From a virus (taxonomy: Duplodnaviria; Caudoviricetes), in the IMG/VR virus record IMGVR_UViG_3300016722_000162, positions 1 to 38,995 of that record: a stretch of 38,995 bases of DNA; one strand, given 5' to 3'. The position numbers and the translations under genes were made by a program. This document shows positions 10,215-18,933 of the stretch, in pieces; the first letter of the stretch is position 1; each line of letters starts with the position of its first letter. The notes under the pieces are model-generated. The model saw nothing but the letters and a program-made list of their open reading frames with translations. It made no database searches and had not been told where the DNA came from.

Positions 10215-10549
10215 ATGATTTGGATCTCCGTGAAATTCACAGTACCGTCGGGGTTCCGTTTCTTATACCCTTGCAGAATGTTCCTCTTGAAGCCGGAAAT
10301 AGTTATTCGTCCAGACGTGATTTCCACAACATCCGGGCATAAATCACCTTGAATTAGGAATGTACCCGTCAGCTGCACACGTTTCTGTTCTTTGTCAAAG
10401 ACTGTTTTGCCTCCGGACTGGTAGTTGCCATGGGTTGAGCCCTGAAAAGCGATTGTGGGGGCTCCCTCTTCGGTAAGCCCCTCACTATAAATCACTATAT
10501 CAGCAGCAGTCTTGCACGCCCACAAGGGCACGATAGAAGGGTATCTCAA
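10211..10549 (-). CDS. Head-closure / head-tail adaptor protein
   Basis: KKRNPDGTVNFTEI C-terminus; likely TTG start after GGGGGTGG; position. Confidence 0.65.
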   Translation of the reverse strand: MRYPSIVPLWACKTAADIVIYSEGLTEEGAPTIAFQGSTHGNYQSGGKTVFDKEQKRVQLTGTFLIQGDLCPDVVEITSGRITISGFKRNILQGYKKRNPDGTVNFTEIQII

Positions 10550-10929
10550 TACACCACCCCCTGGCACAATCCTGACTGTTCGAGCAACTTGTATATGTCC
10601 TTCTTGATTGCTATGCCGCTCCTCACCATGACGTTCCAGCTATTGCCGAAAGACATGCTTACACCATTTATTGAATAGCTCTGAATTACCGATTCAATGA
10701 CATCCTGATTTGTATACTCGAAATCTGCAAGCTGGCAACAAACCTCTTGGATCGTCTCCTGCTGAAAGTCTGTTAGCGTTTCAAATCCTCTCGCTACAAT
10801 CCGGTTATACGTCAAGGCATCAATGTGTCTGCTGGCCAATTTCAAAGCCTTTTCGCAGTCGGTTGATGGAATCAAAGTTCCCTTGTAATCAGTTGCATAA
10901 TAAGTGGCATCAGCATAAGGTGTATACAT
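10546..10929 (-). CDS. Head-tail connector protein
   Basis: YADATYY...ASRHIDALTYNRI...SYSINGVSMSF adaptor pattern. Confidence 0.8.
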   Translation of the reverse strand: MYTPYADATYYATDYKGTLIPSTDCEKALKLASRHIDALTYNRIVARGFETLTDFQQETIQEVCCQLADFEYTNQDVIESVIQSYSINGVSMSFGNSWNVMVRSGIAIKKDIYKLLEQSGLCQGVVY

Positions 10930-10931
10930 TC

Positions 10932-11087
10932 CTACTCCTCTTTCATCTCTGCTTCATCGGCATTGGGCTGGACAACTTCAGCCTCGGCTTTCGCCCCTTT
11001 GGATTCCTTGGGAGCCTTAGGCTCTTTAGGTTCTTTGGCCTCGGCTTTCACCTTCTTGGCCTCATACAACAATCCTACTGTTCTCAT
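10932..11087 (-). CDS. Small Lys/Glu/Pro-rich protein after major capsid (51 aa, MRTVGLLYEAKK...)
   Basis: Read manually; GGAGG RBS; fills capsid-connector gap; below ORF-track cutoff. Confidence 0.7.
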   Translation of the reverse strand: MRTVGLLYEAKKVKAEAKEPKEPKAPKESKGAKAEAEVVQPNADEAEMKEE

Positions 11088-11100
11088 TTGTCAGTCCTCC

Positions 11101-11979
11101 TTAAGCTCCAGCTTTTGCGTGCAGATAGATACCTGCAACCTTGTTGCGATATACATCGACAAGGCCGTATTTTCGGTACTTGGAGATGTATGCATCGCTG
11201 TCCGGGTTGTTTTCCGGAGCAATAACGTCACTCGCCACGTGCTTATCAAATTTGATGATTGCCGGTTTGTGGATGATCATGAAATTGATGTCGCCCGCTC
11301 CCGTTGCTTTTGCATAGTGGCCCAGTTCCTCACCCGCTGATTTGCCGTCTTTCAGGTCAATAGCTGTGTAGAATCTTGCCTGGGGAACCTTTTTGACTGC
11401 TGCAAAAGAACTCAGTACTTCTCGGCTCTTGGTTGTATCCAGTGCCATTACACTGTTGACCAAGGTTGGGGTTGCGTACAGATATCGGTTCTCTTCAGGA
11501 ACCTCGTCCTCGTCCATTTTGGTTTTTGCAACCAGAAGAGCTGCAAGGAAAGCCGCTCCATCTGCAAGGGATGCGGGGGTCGCTTTGGAAATGCCAGTGA
11601 TTCCTGCAAGAGTGGCGAAGAAGAAGGCGTCTGCTTCAGGGCCGACTTTCTCTCTCTGTAGGGTTGCTCCAGCCATGCCAAAAGCGATGTTGAAGGACTC
11701 TTGATCGTCCATGGTATCAACAGTAAGTTTGGTACCACGGTCATAATTGAAGGCTGCAGTCTTCCAGATCAGGGAGACGGCGCCGCTTGTGTACCCACTA
11801 TTTCTGTCATAGTCGCCAAGACCGGTGACTTCAATTTGCGGATACAGGATTTCGTTTGCATTGGCGCTGGCTCTCATCATCGAAGAATCGCTGATCAGGT
11901 CAGCAGTGACCGATGCCTCGCGGTAAACCTCATCCAAGAGGTCAGTGTAGTTTTTAGCTAGTGCAATAGAATTTGCCAT
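11101..11979 (-). CDS. Major capsid protein
   Basis: 292 aa after scaffold; GLGDYDRNSGY, DRG..VD.MD..E, PEADA motifs. Confidence 0.9.
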   Translation of the reverse strand: MANSIALAKNYTDLLDEVYREASVTADLISDSSMMRASANANEILYPQIEVTGLGDYDRNSGYTSGAVSLIWKTAAFNYDRGTKLTVDTMDDQESFNIAFGMAGATLQREKVGPEADAFFFATLAGITGISKATPASLADGAAFLAALLVAKTKMDEDEVPEENRYLYATPTLVNSVMALDTTKSREVLSSFAAVKKVPQARFYTAIDLKDGKSAGEELGHYAKATGAGDINFMIIHKPAIIKFDKHVASDVIAPENNPDSDAYISKYRKYGLVDVYRNKVAGIYLHAKAGA

Positions 11980-11993
11980 GTGTTATATTCCTC

Positions 11994-12632
11994 CTATTCT
12001 TTTTTATCTTTGAGACCCATTACCCTGCGCAATGTGTCATCTGCTGTACCGGCTCCACCTTTGCCTGGTTCTCCACCAATTTTCTTGAAGCCTGGTTCGG
12101 ATTGCTGTCCGGTCCCTTTGAGGGATGGCACGTCTGTCAGCACCTTCTCAACAGCTTCTTTTAGCTTAGCGTCGTCGATTTTCCCATCCGTAACCACGTC
12201 TTTCATATCTGCGAGCTTCAGGATATATGGCATTGATTTCATGTCAATTCCCAGTTCAGACGCAAGGCCAAAAGACTTGACTTCGAGTTGGGCGTCAACA
12301 ACAGCCTGTTTGGCGGATGTAAGTTCATTTTTGAGCTCATCTGGATTGGGTTGGCTCTTTGCTTTGTATTCCTTGAAGCTTTCCACTGCGGTTTTCATTT
12401 CCTCTTCGGACAGACCCTGTTGCTTTAAATAGCCAGTCAATACTTGCTTTTCTGTGACAGTCTGTTTCCCGGCAATGATACCGGCCAATTTTTCATAGTC
12501 GATTGCAACAGTTTGAGCTGGTTGGGTAGTTGTCCCTCCTGCCGGTGGGTCTTGTCCTCCGCCACCTCCGGCGGGTGGATCTGCATCCATCATTGGCATG
12601 AATCGGTTCTCAAAGATTTTACTAAAGATCAT
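11994..12632 (-). CDS. Capsid scaffolding protein
   Basis: 212 aa, G/P-rich N-terminus, charged helices, GFKKIG C-terminus; precedes capsid gene. Confidence 0.85.
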   Translation of the reverse strand: MIFSKIFENRFMPMMDADPPAGGGGGQDPPAGGTTTQPAQTVAIDYEKLAGIIAGKQTVTEKQVLTGYLKQQGLSEEEMKTAVESFKEYKAKSQPNPDELKNELTSAKQAVVDAQLEVKSFGLASELGIDMKSMPYILKLADMKDVVTDGKIDDAKLKEAVEKVLTDVPSLKGTGQQSEPGFKKIGGEPGKGGAGTADDTLRRVMGLKDKKE

Positions 12633-12644
12633 GTTGTACCTCCT

Positions 12645-12712
12645 GTTTTAAGTGTGTCTCACTTTCAAAGTTTTACGTGTGTCTCACATTACAGTTTTAG
12701 GGGTGTCTCCCC
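12645..12712 (-). repeat. Three tandem hairpin repeats (stem-AGACA loop-stem-TAAAAC) upstream of scaffold RBS
   Basis: Units begin at 12645, 12670 and 12694 on + strand: GTTTTAAGTGTGTCTCACT, GTTTTACGTGTGTCTCACA, GTTTTAGGGGTGTCTCCCC. Confidence 0.85.
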
Positions 12713-12725
12713 AACAAAAAAGAGC

Positions 12726-12902
12726 CTATTTCTTTGGCTCCTTAGGTTCTGATTTACTTTCTTTTTGCTCAGGCGCTTCTTCTGCCACATTGCTGGCTTT
12801 AAGCACAACCGCTCTAGCTGGTGTTGCTTCGAAGATATCTCCGGGGCTCCTATACACATCATTTTCTTTGTCGAAGAAGTCCCTGGTTGTTTTCATTTTC
12901 AC
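12726..12902 (-). CDS. Small hypothetical head-module protein (58 aa, MKMKTTRDFFDKEND...)
   Basis: Read manually; AAAGGAGGTGG RBS and GTG start; FxDK..D..R..GD.FE motif. Confidence 0.75.
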   Translation of the reverse strand: MKMKTTRDFFDKENDVYRSPGDIFEATPARAVVLKASNVAEEAPEQKESKSEPKEPKK

Positions 12903-12925
12903 ATAACCACCTCCTTTCTGTGCAA

Positions 12926-12953
12926 TAAAAAACCGCCGTTTGGCGGTATTTTT
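12926..12953. terminator. Intrinsic terminator-like hairpin after MuF/immunity pair
   Basis: AAAAAACCGCC-GTTT-GGCGGTATTTTT. Confidence 0.6.
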
Positions 12954-12955
12954 GC

Positions 12956-13174
12956 TTATTTATCCTGAGCTTTGTGCTGTTCAGAATAACGGTATCCGGA
13001 ACAAATCATACCCATCATCTCCAAGTATCCCTCTTTTCTAAGCAAGTCTCTTTGAGCATCTGTAGTATCTGGATGTTCCCAAAAGGCATCGATCTCTGCT
13101 TCGAGTTTCAACCAATAATCCCAATCCGCTATACCTTTTTGGGTCGCCTCAATCAGTTCATAAACCGTCCTCAT
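12956..13174 (-). CDS. Small protein, candidate immunity protein for the MuF C-terminal domain
   Basis: 72 aa, ATGA-coupled to the MuF stop codon; role inferred from position. Confidence 0.55.
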   Translation of the reverse strand: MRTVYELIEATQKGIADWDYWLKLEAEIDAFWEHPDTTDAQRDLLRKEGYLEMMGMICSGYRYSEQHKAQDK

Positions 13175-13983
13175 CTGCTTACCTCCGTAATAAGTTGATC
13201 AAGAAGTTTTGACACCTCATTGTACTGCTGAATGGATGCGGTGGAAAGCATTTTATTTTGAACTGCCGAGTTGAGCCAATCAAGGCGCTTTGTCATTGGA
13301 ATGCTATGCAATGCTTTTGCAAAGTCAATATCTTTACCGTATAACCCTGCAATTCTGTTTATGCCACGAAGTGCCCGGACCCAAGTGCCATAACTTATAG
13401 ATTCAGACATTGGGATTTTTTCCAAAGCAGCGATTTCCTGGGTAAGCAGCTCTGTACTACCTTCTTCAATGACTTGGTTTTTCAAGAAATCCTCTTGTGA
13501 GTGATAGCTCGCTGAGTGTGCATGGAGAAGCTCATGAAGCAGAATGTACGGTGATGTCTCTGGGCGAGTTGTTATATCACAGGTCCATTCTTTACGGGCC
13601 AGCTGTTTCATCTGGTCGTCTACACGCACTTTCCCGCTCCATTTGCTCTCATTCACCGTGTGCTTCGAAGCAACAGCGTCCATTTCTTTCGCTAGCGCAT
13701 TGATTTCTTCCGGTGTCCGGGGGATTATCTCCTGTGCTTCTTTGAATGATGGGTATTCACTTTTCCTGGATTTCCATTCATCCGCCTTTGCCTGATATTT
13801 TACCTGGTTCTCTGGATCAATCGAAAGCGCAGACAGCCGGGAGAAACGATCAAATTGTCTGGAAGCGTAATTCGCGCTCTGCTCTTCCTGGTATGCGTTC
13901 TCAGCCTCTTTGATATCCGTATCTGTTGCTTCTTCCATATCGTCTCCCGGGAAATAGGTTGTATGCCCATCTTTGCAGTTTGG
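13171..13983 (-). CDS. Minor capsid (MuF-type) protein exon 2 with C-terminal HEXXH zincin metallopeptidase domain
   Basis: Begins PNCKDGHTTYFPG, completing GLYH|PNC; contains LLHELLHAHS and IEEGSTE; spliced product 546 aa. Confidence 0.85.
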   Translation of the reverse strand, partial: PNCKDGHTTYFPGDDMEEATDTDIKEAENAYQEEQSANYASRQFDRFSRLSALSIDPENQVKYQAKADEWKSRKSEYPSFKEAQEIIPRTPEEINALAKEMDAVASKHTVNESKWSGKVRVDDQMKQLARKEWTCDITTRPETSPYILLHELLHAHSASYHSQEDFLKNQVIEEGSTELLTQEIAALEKIPMSESISYGTWVRALRGINRIAGLYGKDIDFAKALHSIPMTKRLDWLNSAVQNKMLSTASIQQYNEVSKLLDQLITEVSR

Positions 13984-14086
13984 CTATTTGGACTATCTCA
14001 TAACAAAGGTTTATCCTTTGTCCGATGCGCTTCGAGTGGTACATCTCCACTCTACTTCCTTCCGGAATAGTCTCTACACTTTAATA

Positions 14087-14647
14087 TTAAGTAATATCCT
14101 CTTTGTATTTCCATATAAAACCGCCTGCCGTGCTCTGTTTTCGACCTTTATGTCTCTCCCCCCGGCACACTACATCTATCGCCATTATCCCGGTTTGCCT
14201 AAGGGCCTCACGGTAAGACGGATATTCTTTTATGAAATTACCTTGCAAATCAAATTGAATTACAGGTTTTGAGCCTCGCTTATTTTTTGAAGCGCGATTT
14301 AGTTTCTCAATGCTGTGAACATTGTTCTCGGTATATGTTGCCCACTCCAAGTTAGAAACGTTGTTATTGGCCTTATTCCCATCAATGTGATTCACAATCG
14401 GGCTATTGTTGGGGTTATCAATGAATGCCTCGGCGACTAACCGGTGAACGTGTTTTGGCTTTACCCGGTTTTCCTTGCATAGTTGAACATATTTATATCC
14501 GTTTTCTTTCGTCCCTGGGCTAAGGATGAAATTGCTTTCCCATTCCTTTCCCGTTTGATTTCGGTATGTTCCAACTCTCTTAATTCTTCCTTGGTCGCTT
14601 ACTTGATAAACTCCTTCGTAGCCTACAACATCTTTCCAGTTTTCCAT
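14087..14647 (-). CDS. Intron-encoded NUMOD4-HNH homing endonuclease with C-terminal NUMOD1-like domain
   Basis: MENWKDVVGYEGVYQVSDQGRI (NUMOD4); HRLVAEAFI..VNHIDGNKANNNVSNLEW (HNH); KPVIQFDLQGNFIKEY; AAGGAG RBS. Confidence 0.92.
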   Translation of the reverse strand: MENWKDVVGYEGVYQVSDQGRIKRVGTYRNQTGKEWESNFILSPGTKENGYKYVQLCKENRVKPKHVHRLVAEAFIDNPNNSPIVNHIDGNKANNNVSNLEWATYTENNVHSIEKLNRASKNKRGSKPVIQFDLQGNFIKEYPSYREALRQTGIMAIDVVCRGERHKGRKQSTAGGFIWKYKEDIT

Positions 14648-14668
14648 GATATTACTCCTTATAATAGG

Positions 14669-14697
14669 ATTATACCATAGCTGTAAAGACATCGCAA
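14669..14697 (-). promoter_or_regulatory. Sigma-A-like promoter inside the intron upstream of the endonuclease
   Basis: TTGCGA-17 nt-TATAAT with TG extension. Confidence 0.65.
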
Positions 14698-14834
14698 CAC
14701 TCACTTAATATTCTTAGCACGGGATTGGGCATTGCCGTTCCCCGTTAGCACATAACTATTTTTTTTGTTTGTTATGCACACCGACTTTGTAATGTCGTTC
14801 ACATCGTTTTACTACCACCCAAACTTTTCATTCA

Positions 14835-15662
14835 ATGGTAGAGCCCTGCGGCTATTGCACTACTTAGTAGCGGATAAGGTCCATCCCTGGCTGTTCCGCC
14901 ACTCCAAACATCATCGATGAACACCTTCCCGACAAAGGGCATGCAGATTGTACAAGGATTTCCACGTTTATTCACAATAACAGTGGTGATTCCATATTCC
15001 TTTCGCTTTTCACCCTCACCGGTTAGCTTTGCACGTTTGGAAGCGGTCCTGATGCACATCTTTGAATAGTTCGCTGGTGTATGCCTGGCACCATTCTTAT
15101 ACTCAATACAGTTAATGCCAGCATCCAGATAATCCTTGGTTGCCATGTCAACAGCCTTTTCATAGGTTCCGGCACCTGTGTTTGCATAGACCTGAGCCTT
15201 GAAGATGATCTGTCGGTACTTGTCATTACTCATCCTGAGGATTCCAGTCTGAGCGGTTTTCATATCATTGACTGTTGCCCTACTCAGCGCCCCCAGTTTG
15301 TGCGTATTAAGCTTAAAGAACTGCTCATGAGAAATTGCCCCTGACCCGCTATTGCCTGGCCGAAAGCCACGTTTCATGGCTTCCATGATTTTGATTTCTT
15401 CTTCCAATCCTCCCGTCTCTCTTGCTTTGGCGATGATACCATCAATTGATGCATTCATTTCCTTGAAAGTCTGTGAGAACTTGGTAGCATTTTCTTGCCT
15501 GTAGATTTTAAGGGACTTCAGCTGCTCTGCCTGCCACATTGACCACTGTTTATTTTCGCTGACTTCTTCCACCCGGTGCCTTTTCATGTTCCGGATCATG
15601 GAGGCCATCAACTCATATTCAACTGCCTCAAAAGCTTTACCGATATCATACTCGTTCATCAT
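14835..15662 (-). CDS. Minor capsid (MuF-type, phage minor capsid 2) protein exon 1
   Basis: 276 codons; GINCIEYKNG, C..C...GKVFIDDVWSGG and AIAAGLYH motifs; follows portal. Confidence 0.88.
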
Positions 15663-15879
15663 TACTGTGTACCTTGAAACCGTTTTGCTTGAAAAGCCTT
15701 TTCTCTTGTTTTAGCTGGGTAATGCTCTGGCACTTAATGTTTACGAATTCACCATACCCATGCTTTTCCACAGCATAGATTCCGAAGGGGACACGTTCCT
15801 TGGCAATCTCCAACATCTCAAGAAATTTCTTTCTGGGCATCTCGTATATTTTTTTACCTAGTTTCACTTTCATATTCAT
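15646..15879 (-). CDS. Hypothetical phage protein
   Basis: 77 aa, basic, coupled between portal and minor capsid genes. Confidence 0.7.
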   Translation of the reverse strand: MNMKVKLGKKIYEMPRKKFLEMLEIAKERVPFGIYAVEKHGYGEFVNIKCQSITQLKQEKRLFKQNGFKVHSNDERV

Positions 15880-17570
15880 CAGGAAACCTCCTCAATAAAC
15901 GAAATGGCTTTATCTTCAGGAACACCTAATGTACTTACCGCCATTGATATAGCAGCAGAACGTGATAATTCGCCGGACTTTTGGGATTCGACTATCTTCA
16001 ATAGCGCCTGAATCTGAGCACCATTCAAAGTTCTAATGGCTGACTCGCTTCCAGCTGCTGGTTCGTTGCCGACTCCTGGCTCAGTTGTTGCCATTACGCC
16101 TTGTTCTGTCTTCAGCCGGAGAACCTCGGCCAGTTTCCATTCTTTATCCTTCGTATCACCGTAAAGTTCTTCAACGGAGGCTTCGATACTGAGTATCCCT
16201 CCGGTACGCCCTTTCGATATAGTCTCAATTTGGCTCTCAAATGACGGATTCGCATATTCACCAAAGGGAAAATCCACCGTAAACTCTTCAACGGTTTTTT
16301 TCTTGTGATATTCGTTATATGCGCGGATTGCGGTTTTAATTACATCCGGAATGTCCTTTTGCAGAGCTCCCACAATTGCGTTCCTGGAATACAGCGTCGC
16401 CTTTTCCTTTTCCCTCTGCGCTTCCGCATTGTCCAGCTTTTTCATGTCAATTCCAAGGGTGGACGGGCTAATCAGTCCTTGCAAACAAAGATCTAGCGCT
16501 GTACTGTAGGATGTCAGCATGCCTTCATAGTCAATTGTTGGCTGCTCAGTTTGGATCTTATTAGTTCCGTTTTCTTTGAGATCATCGCCAATGGCTATAA
16601 ACTGATTATCAAAGGGATTAGCCTTCATAAGCTTGCCAGATTTCGGGTCTCTTGGAATAAGGGATTCAGGGATGTACTGTTTTATCTTGCCAGCGCGAAA
16701 CGCCGCCATCCACTGAGACCATACTTCATCGAAAGCATCAAAGTTGTCTACCTTGCGGTCGAAAATGCTCTGCCCTCTCCCTGGCCATTTCTGGCTTTTA
16801 AAAACTCTGATTGGTACCGCGAGCATATAAGTGCCTCTAGTACCTTTATTGCCTTCTGAAGATTCCGTATAACCACCAAAGCTGTAATCCGCCATTCCAG
16901 ATGTTTCAGGGATAGATGCAAGGTCTATTTCTCTGCCATCCCGGTACAACTTGTTTCGGATATAGCCATATCCATATGTCTCTTGGAGCTCATAAGTTTT
17001 ACTGGCATGAGTGTAATATGTCTTGAAAACAATCTCCTGAAGGCGCCCACGTTTGATGACGTAATCCACCCGATCACCAGGATAAAACTCAATAATTGGA
17101 TACTCTGTTATGCTCGGATCAAAAGAATATTTGTATGCACCATCACCAATATGAAGCGTCTCCTTCAAATCGGATTCCAACTCCTCCATGAAGTTGTTGT
17201 CCTGATCTATTTTCTTCCAGAGCTCGGCATACGTCTTTGCTTTATCATCAAATTCGATGCTATTCGCATCAGCTAGAGTAATGTCTACCAAGGTATTGAC
17301 AATGAGGCTAGGAAGCCCAGTGTGCGCTTTCCTAATCTCAAGCCCTGGTGTAGACTTCGCTGCCCAAAAACTTTGACTATATAGGCCGTTGGACGCCAGT
17401 TGTTGATGAAGTTGTTCGAGCTCATTGGAGTCACCACGGTACCAAATTCGGTTCTTGGCAGCATTTGTCTCATAGTCCATGGCCTCGGTTACTCTTAATT
17501 CTCTTGTGCCTGATTTTTCAATCTCAAGAAAGCTTCTAATTCCTGATTTCATCTTCTCAACCCACCTCAT
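15879..17570 (-). CDS. Portal protein (SPP1/A118-type)
   Basis: 563 aa directly after terL; GLISPSTLG, REKEKATLY motifs. Confidence 0.88.
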   Translation of the reverse strand: MRWVEKMKSGIRSFLEIEKSGTRELRVTEAMDYETNAAKNRIWYRGDSNELEQLHQQLASNGLYSQSFWAAKSTPGLEIRKAHTGLPSLIVNTLVDITLADANSIEFDDKAKTYAELWKKIDQDNNFMEELESDLKETLHIGDGAYKYSFDPSITEYPIIEFYPGDRVDYVIKRGRLQEIVFKTYYTHASKTYELQETYGYGYIRNKLYRDGREIDLASIPETSGMADYSFGGYTESSEGNKGTRGTYMLAVPIRVFKSQKWPGRGQSIFDRKVDNFDAFDEVWSQWMAAFRAGKIKQYIPESLIPRDPKSGKLMKANPFDNQFIAIGDDLKENGTNKIQTEQPTIDYEGMLTSYSTALDLCLQGLISPSTLGIDMKKLDNAEAQREKEKATLYSRNAIVGALQKDIPDVIKTAIRAYNEYHKKKTVEEFTVDFPFGEYANPSFESQIETISKGRTGGILSIEASVEELYGDTKDKEWKLAEVLRLKTEQGVMATTEPGVGNEPAAGSESAIRTLNGAQIQALLKIVESQKSGELSRSAAISMAVSTLGVPEDKAISFIEEVS

Positions 17571-18853
17571 TATTTCTTCACGCCCTCCCTGGCTTCAGTT
17601 CGTCCAATTTTATCCTTGAATGGCAGCCAAGCATATTGCCTTGCATTCGTCAAATGATCATTCCTGTCTTCCGGCTCGTTCTTGTCCTCTTTCCAGCTAT
17701 ACAAATTCATCTCCCTGATTGTCTCGGTGCAGACATCCACAATCAAAGCATCTTCATGTGCCAGCCAACCACATTCAAGATTGATTCGGTCAAGAATCTG
17801 CGTTTTCTTCCAAGAGCCCTGAAATGTGTAGGTAAGGCCATTCGCTTTTTTATATTTCTGGCATTCAAGTAGTGTGCCTTGATCTGCATTATCAATAAAT
17901 ACATGCCTTGCAAAGCCCCATCCTAAGCCGCCTTCATTAACCGGTGTTCTGCACTTCTCCAAAAAATCAACAAGCAGCTTCGGTATATCAGAAGGTGTGA
18001 GTGGTACTTTCCTGTCTTTGTTGTTATATGCCTGCTCAGCCAGGGTAACTTTCTTCCTGGTATCGGTTATTCCCTCAAACACAAAAGCAAACTTGTCATC
18101 GCTGGTCTGGCTGTACGAGGTGTCAACACCACAGCTGAAAATAATATAGTTCATTCCGGCTGCTTGTTTTGTCGTGATGATGTTCTTTGGTTCCAGGTTG
18201 AATACGAGGCCTGTCGCCCGTCCTCTCAGTCCTAATATCTTGTTTTTATACAGCTTTGTCCCAACAGGCACATTACCAATGATCTGATCCCGCTTTTCCG
18301 GTGTCAGCCCGGCGTTGTGATCAAAAGAAAAGAACCAGTGCACCCATCCGGGCTTTGGCTCTTCGTTTAGCATTTGATTCAGTTCTTCCGGCGCATCCTT
18401 TTCGAATTCAGGTAATGGCCGGCTGTGGTTGATGTATTCCTTGTACACCGGCAAATCCGGATCATCCGGGTTTAGGGTTGCCATGAGATAGTCACAGCGC
18501 ATGCTGGTCTCTCGGATATAGTCCATGTCGGCGACGTTGATTTCATCGATGAACACACAGCCATTCTGTGAGCCTAGTGTTTTCTTCCAGCGCGCCTTAT
18601 CCCCATAACCCAGAACATATATGATCTTATCCTGGTAGGCAAGATGTGGTAAGTTTTCCTTGCCCCGCCCAGATGGATTGTACTGGACCAAATCCCCAAA
18701 CACATCCAAGATGCCAAGGTCTTTGTTGATAATATTCTTTTCGATGGTTCCAAGATCAAGCCCCGCAATGATGTGCTGTTTTTTAGCACTTTCCTTGACC
18801 ATGAGCATGAACTTTACAATGCCGACCGTTGTTTTTCCTGCATATGTTGTCAT
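17570..18853 (-). CDS. terL: Terminase large subunit, main part (N-terminal 27 codons are in another frame)
   Basis: Partial Walker A TTYAGKTT, Walker B VFIDEIN, ATLNPD, RNase H-type GVD and DHL motifs. Confidence 0.92.
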   Translation of the reverse strand: MTTYAGKTTVGIVKFMLMVKESAKKQHIIAGLDLGTIEKNIINKDLGILDVFGDLVQYNPSGRGKENLPHLAYQDKIIYVLGYGDKARWKKTLGSQNGCVFIDEINVADMDYIRETSMRCDYLMATLNPDDPDLPVYKEYINHSRPLPEFEKDAPEELNQMLNEEPKPGWVHWFFSFDHNAGLTPEKRDQIIGNVPVGTKLYKNKILGLRGRATGLVFNLEPKNIITTKQAAGMNYIIFSCGVDTSYSQTSDDKFAFVFEGITDTRKKVTLAEQAYNNKDRKVPLTPSDIPKLLVDFLEKCRTPVNEGGLGWGFARHVFIDNADQGTLLECQKYKKANGLTYTFQGSWKKTQILDRINLECGWLAHEDALIVDVCTETIREMNLYSWKEDKNEPEDRNDHLTNARQYAWLPFKDKIGRTEAREGVKK

Positions 18854-18933
18854 GTCCCTTCGAGAAACTCTACCGGGGATTTGTGTTTCAGAAAAGTTTT
18901 ATATTTTTCCGATAGTAGAAATTGTTCACTCAA
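18850..18933 (-). CDS. terL: Terminase large subunit N-terminal segment MSEQFLLSEKYKTFLKHKSPVEFLEGT, ending at TGA within a 5-nt insertion
   Basis: TTG start 7 nt after GGGGGTGA RBS; supplies the beta strand and first Gly of Walker A G-T-T-Y-A-G-K-T. Confidence 0.85.
   Translation of the reverse strand: MSEQFLLSEKYKTFLKHKSPVEFLEGT

Larger units (their letters stand above)
13984..14834 (-). ncRNA. Group I self-splicing intron (851 nt) with endonuclease ORF in the P6 loop
   Basis: 5' exon ends in U (TACCAT) paired to guide GTGGTAG; terminal G; P10 GTTTGG/CCAAAC; P3 CGATGTG/CGCATCG; P7 GACTA/TAGTC; P8 ACAAAGG/CCTTTGT; removal restores frame and HPNC motif. Confidence 0.92.

Noticed and set aside
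12645-12712. Mini CRISPR array (repeats begin GTTTTA)
   Set aside because: Only 5-6 nt between units, stems vary, no cas genes; better explained as RNA hairpins.
14648-14704. Longer start for the intron endonuclease
   Set aside because: Overlaps the internal promoter; ATG 14647 has AAGGAG and begins the NUMOD4 motif.
13171-15662. Minor capsid as a pseudogene broken by an HNH insertion
   Set aside because: Splice-site pairings and core helices are present and removal restores the frame exactly.
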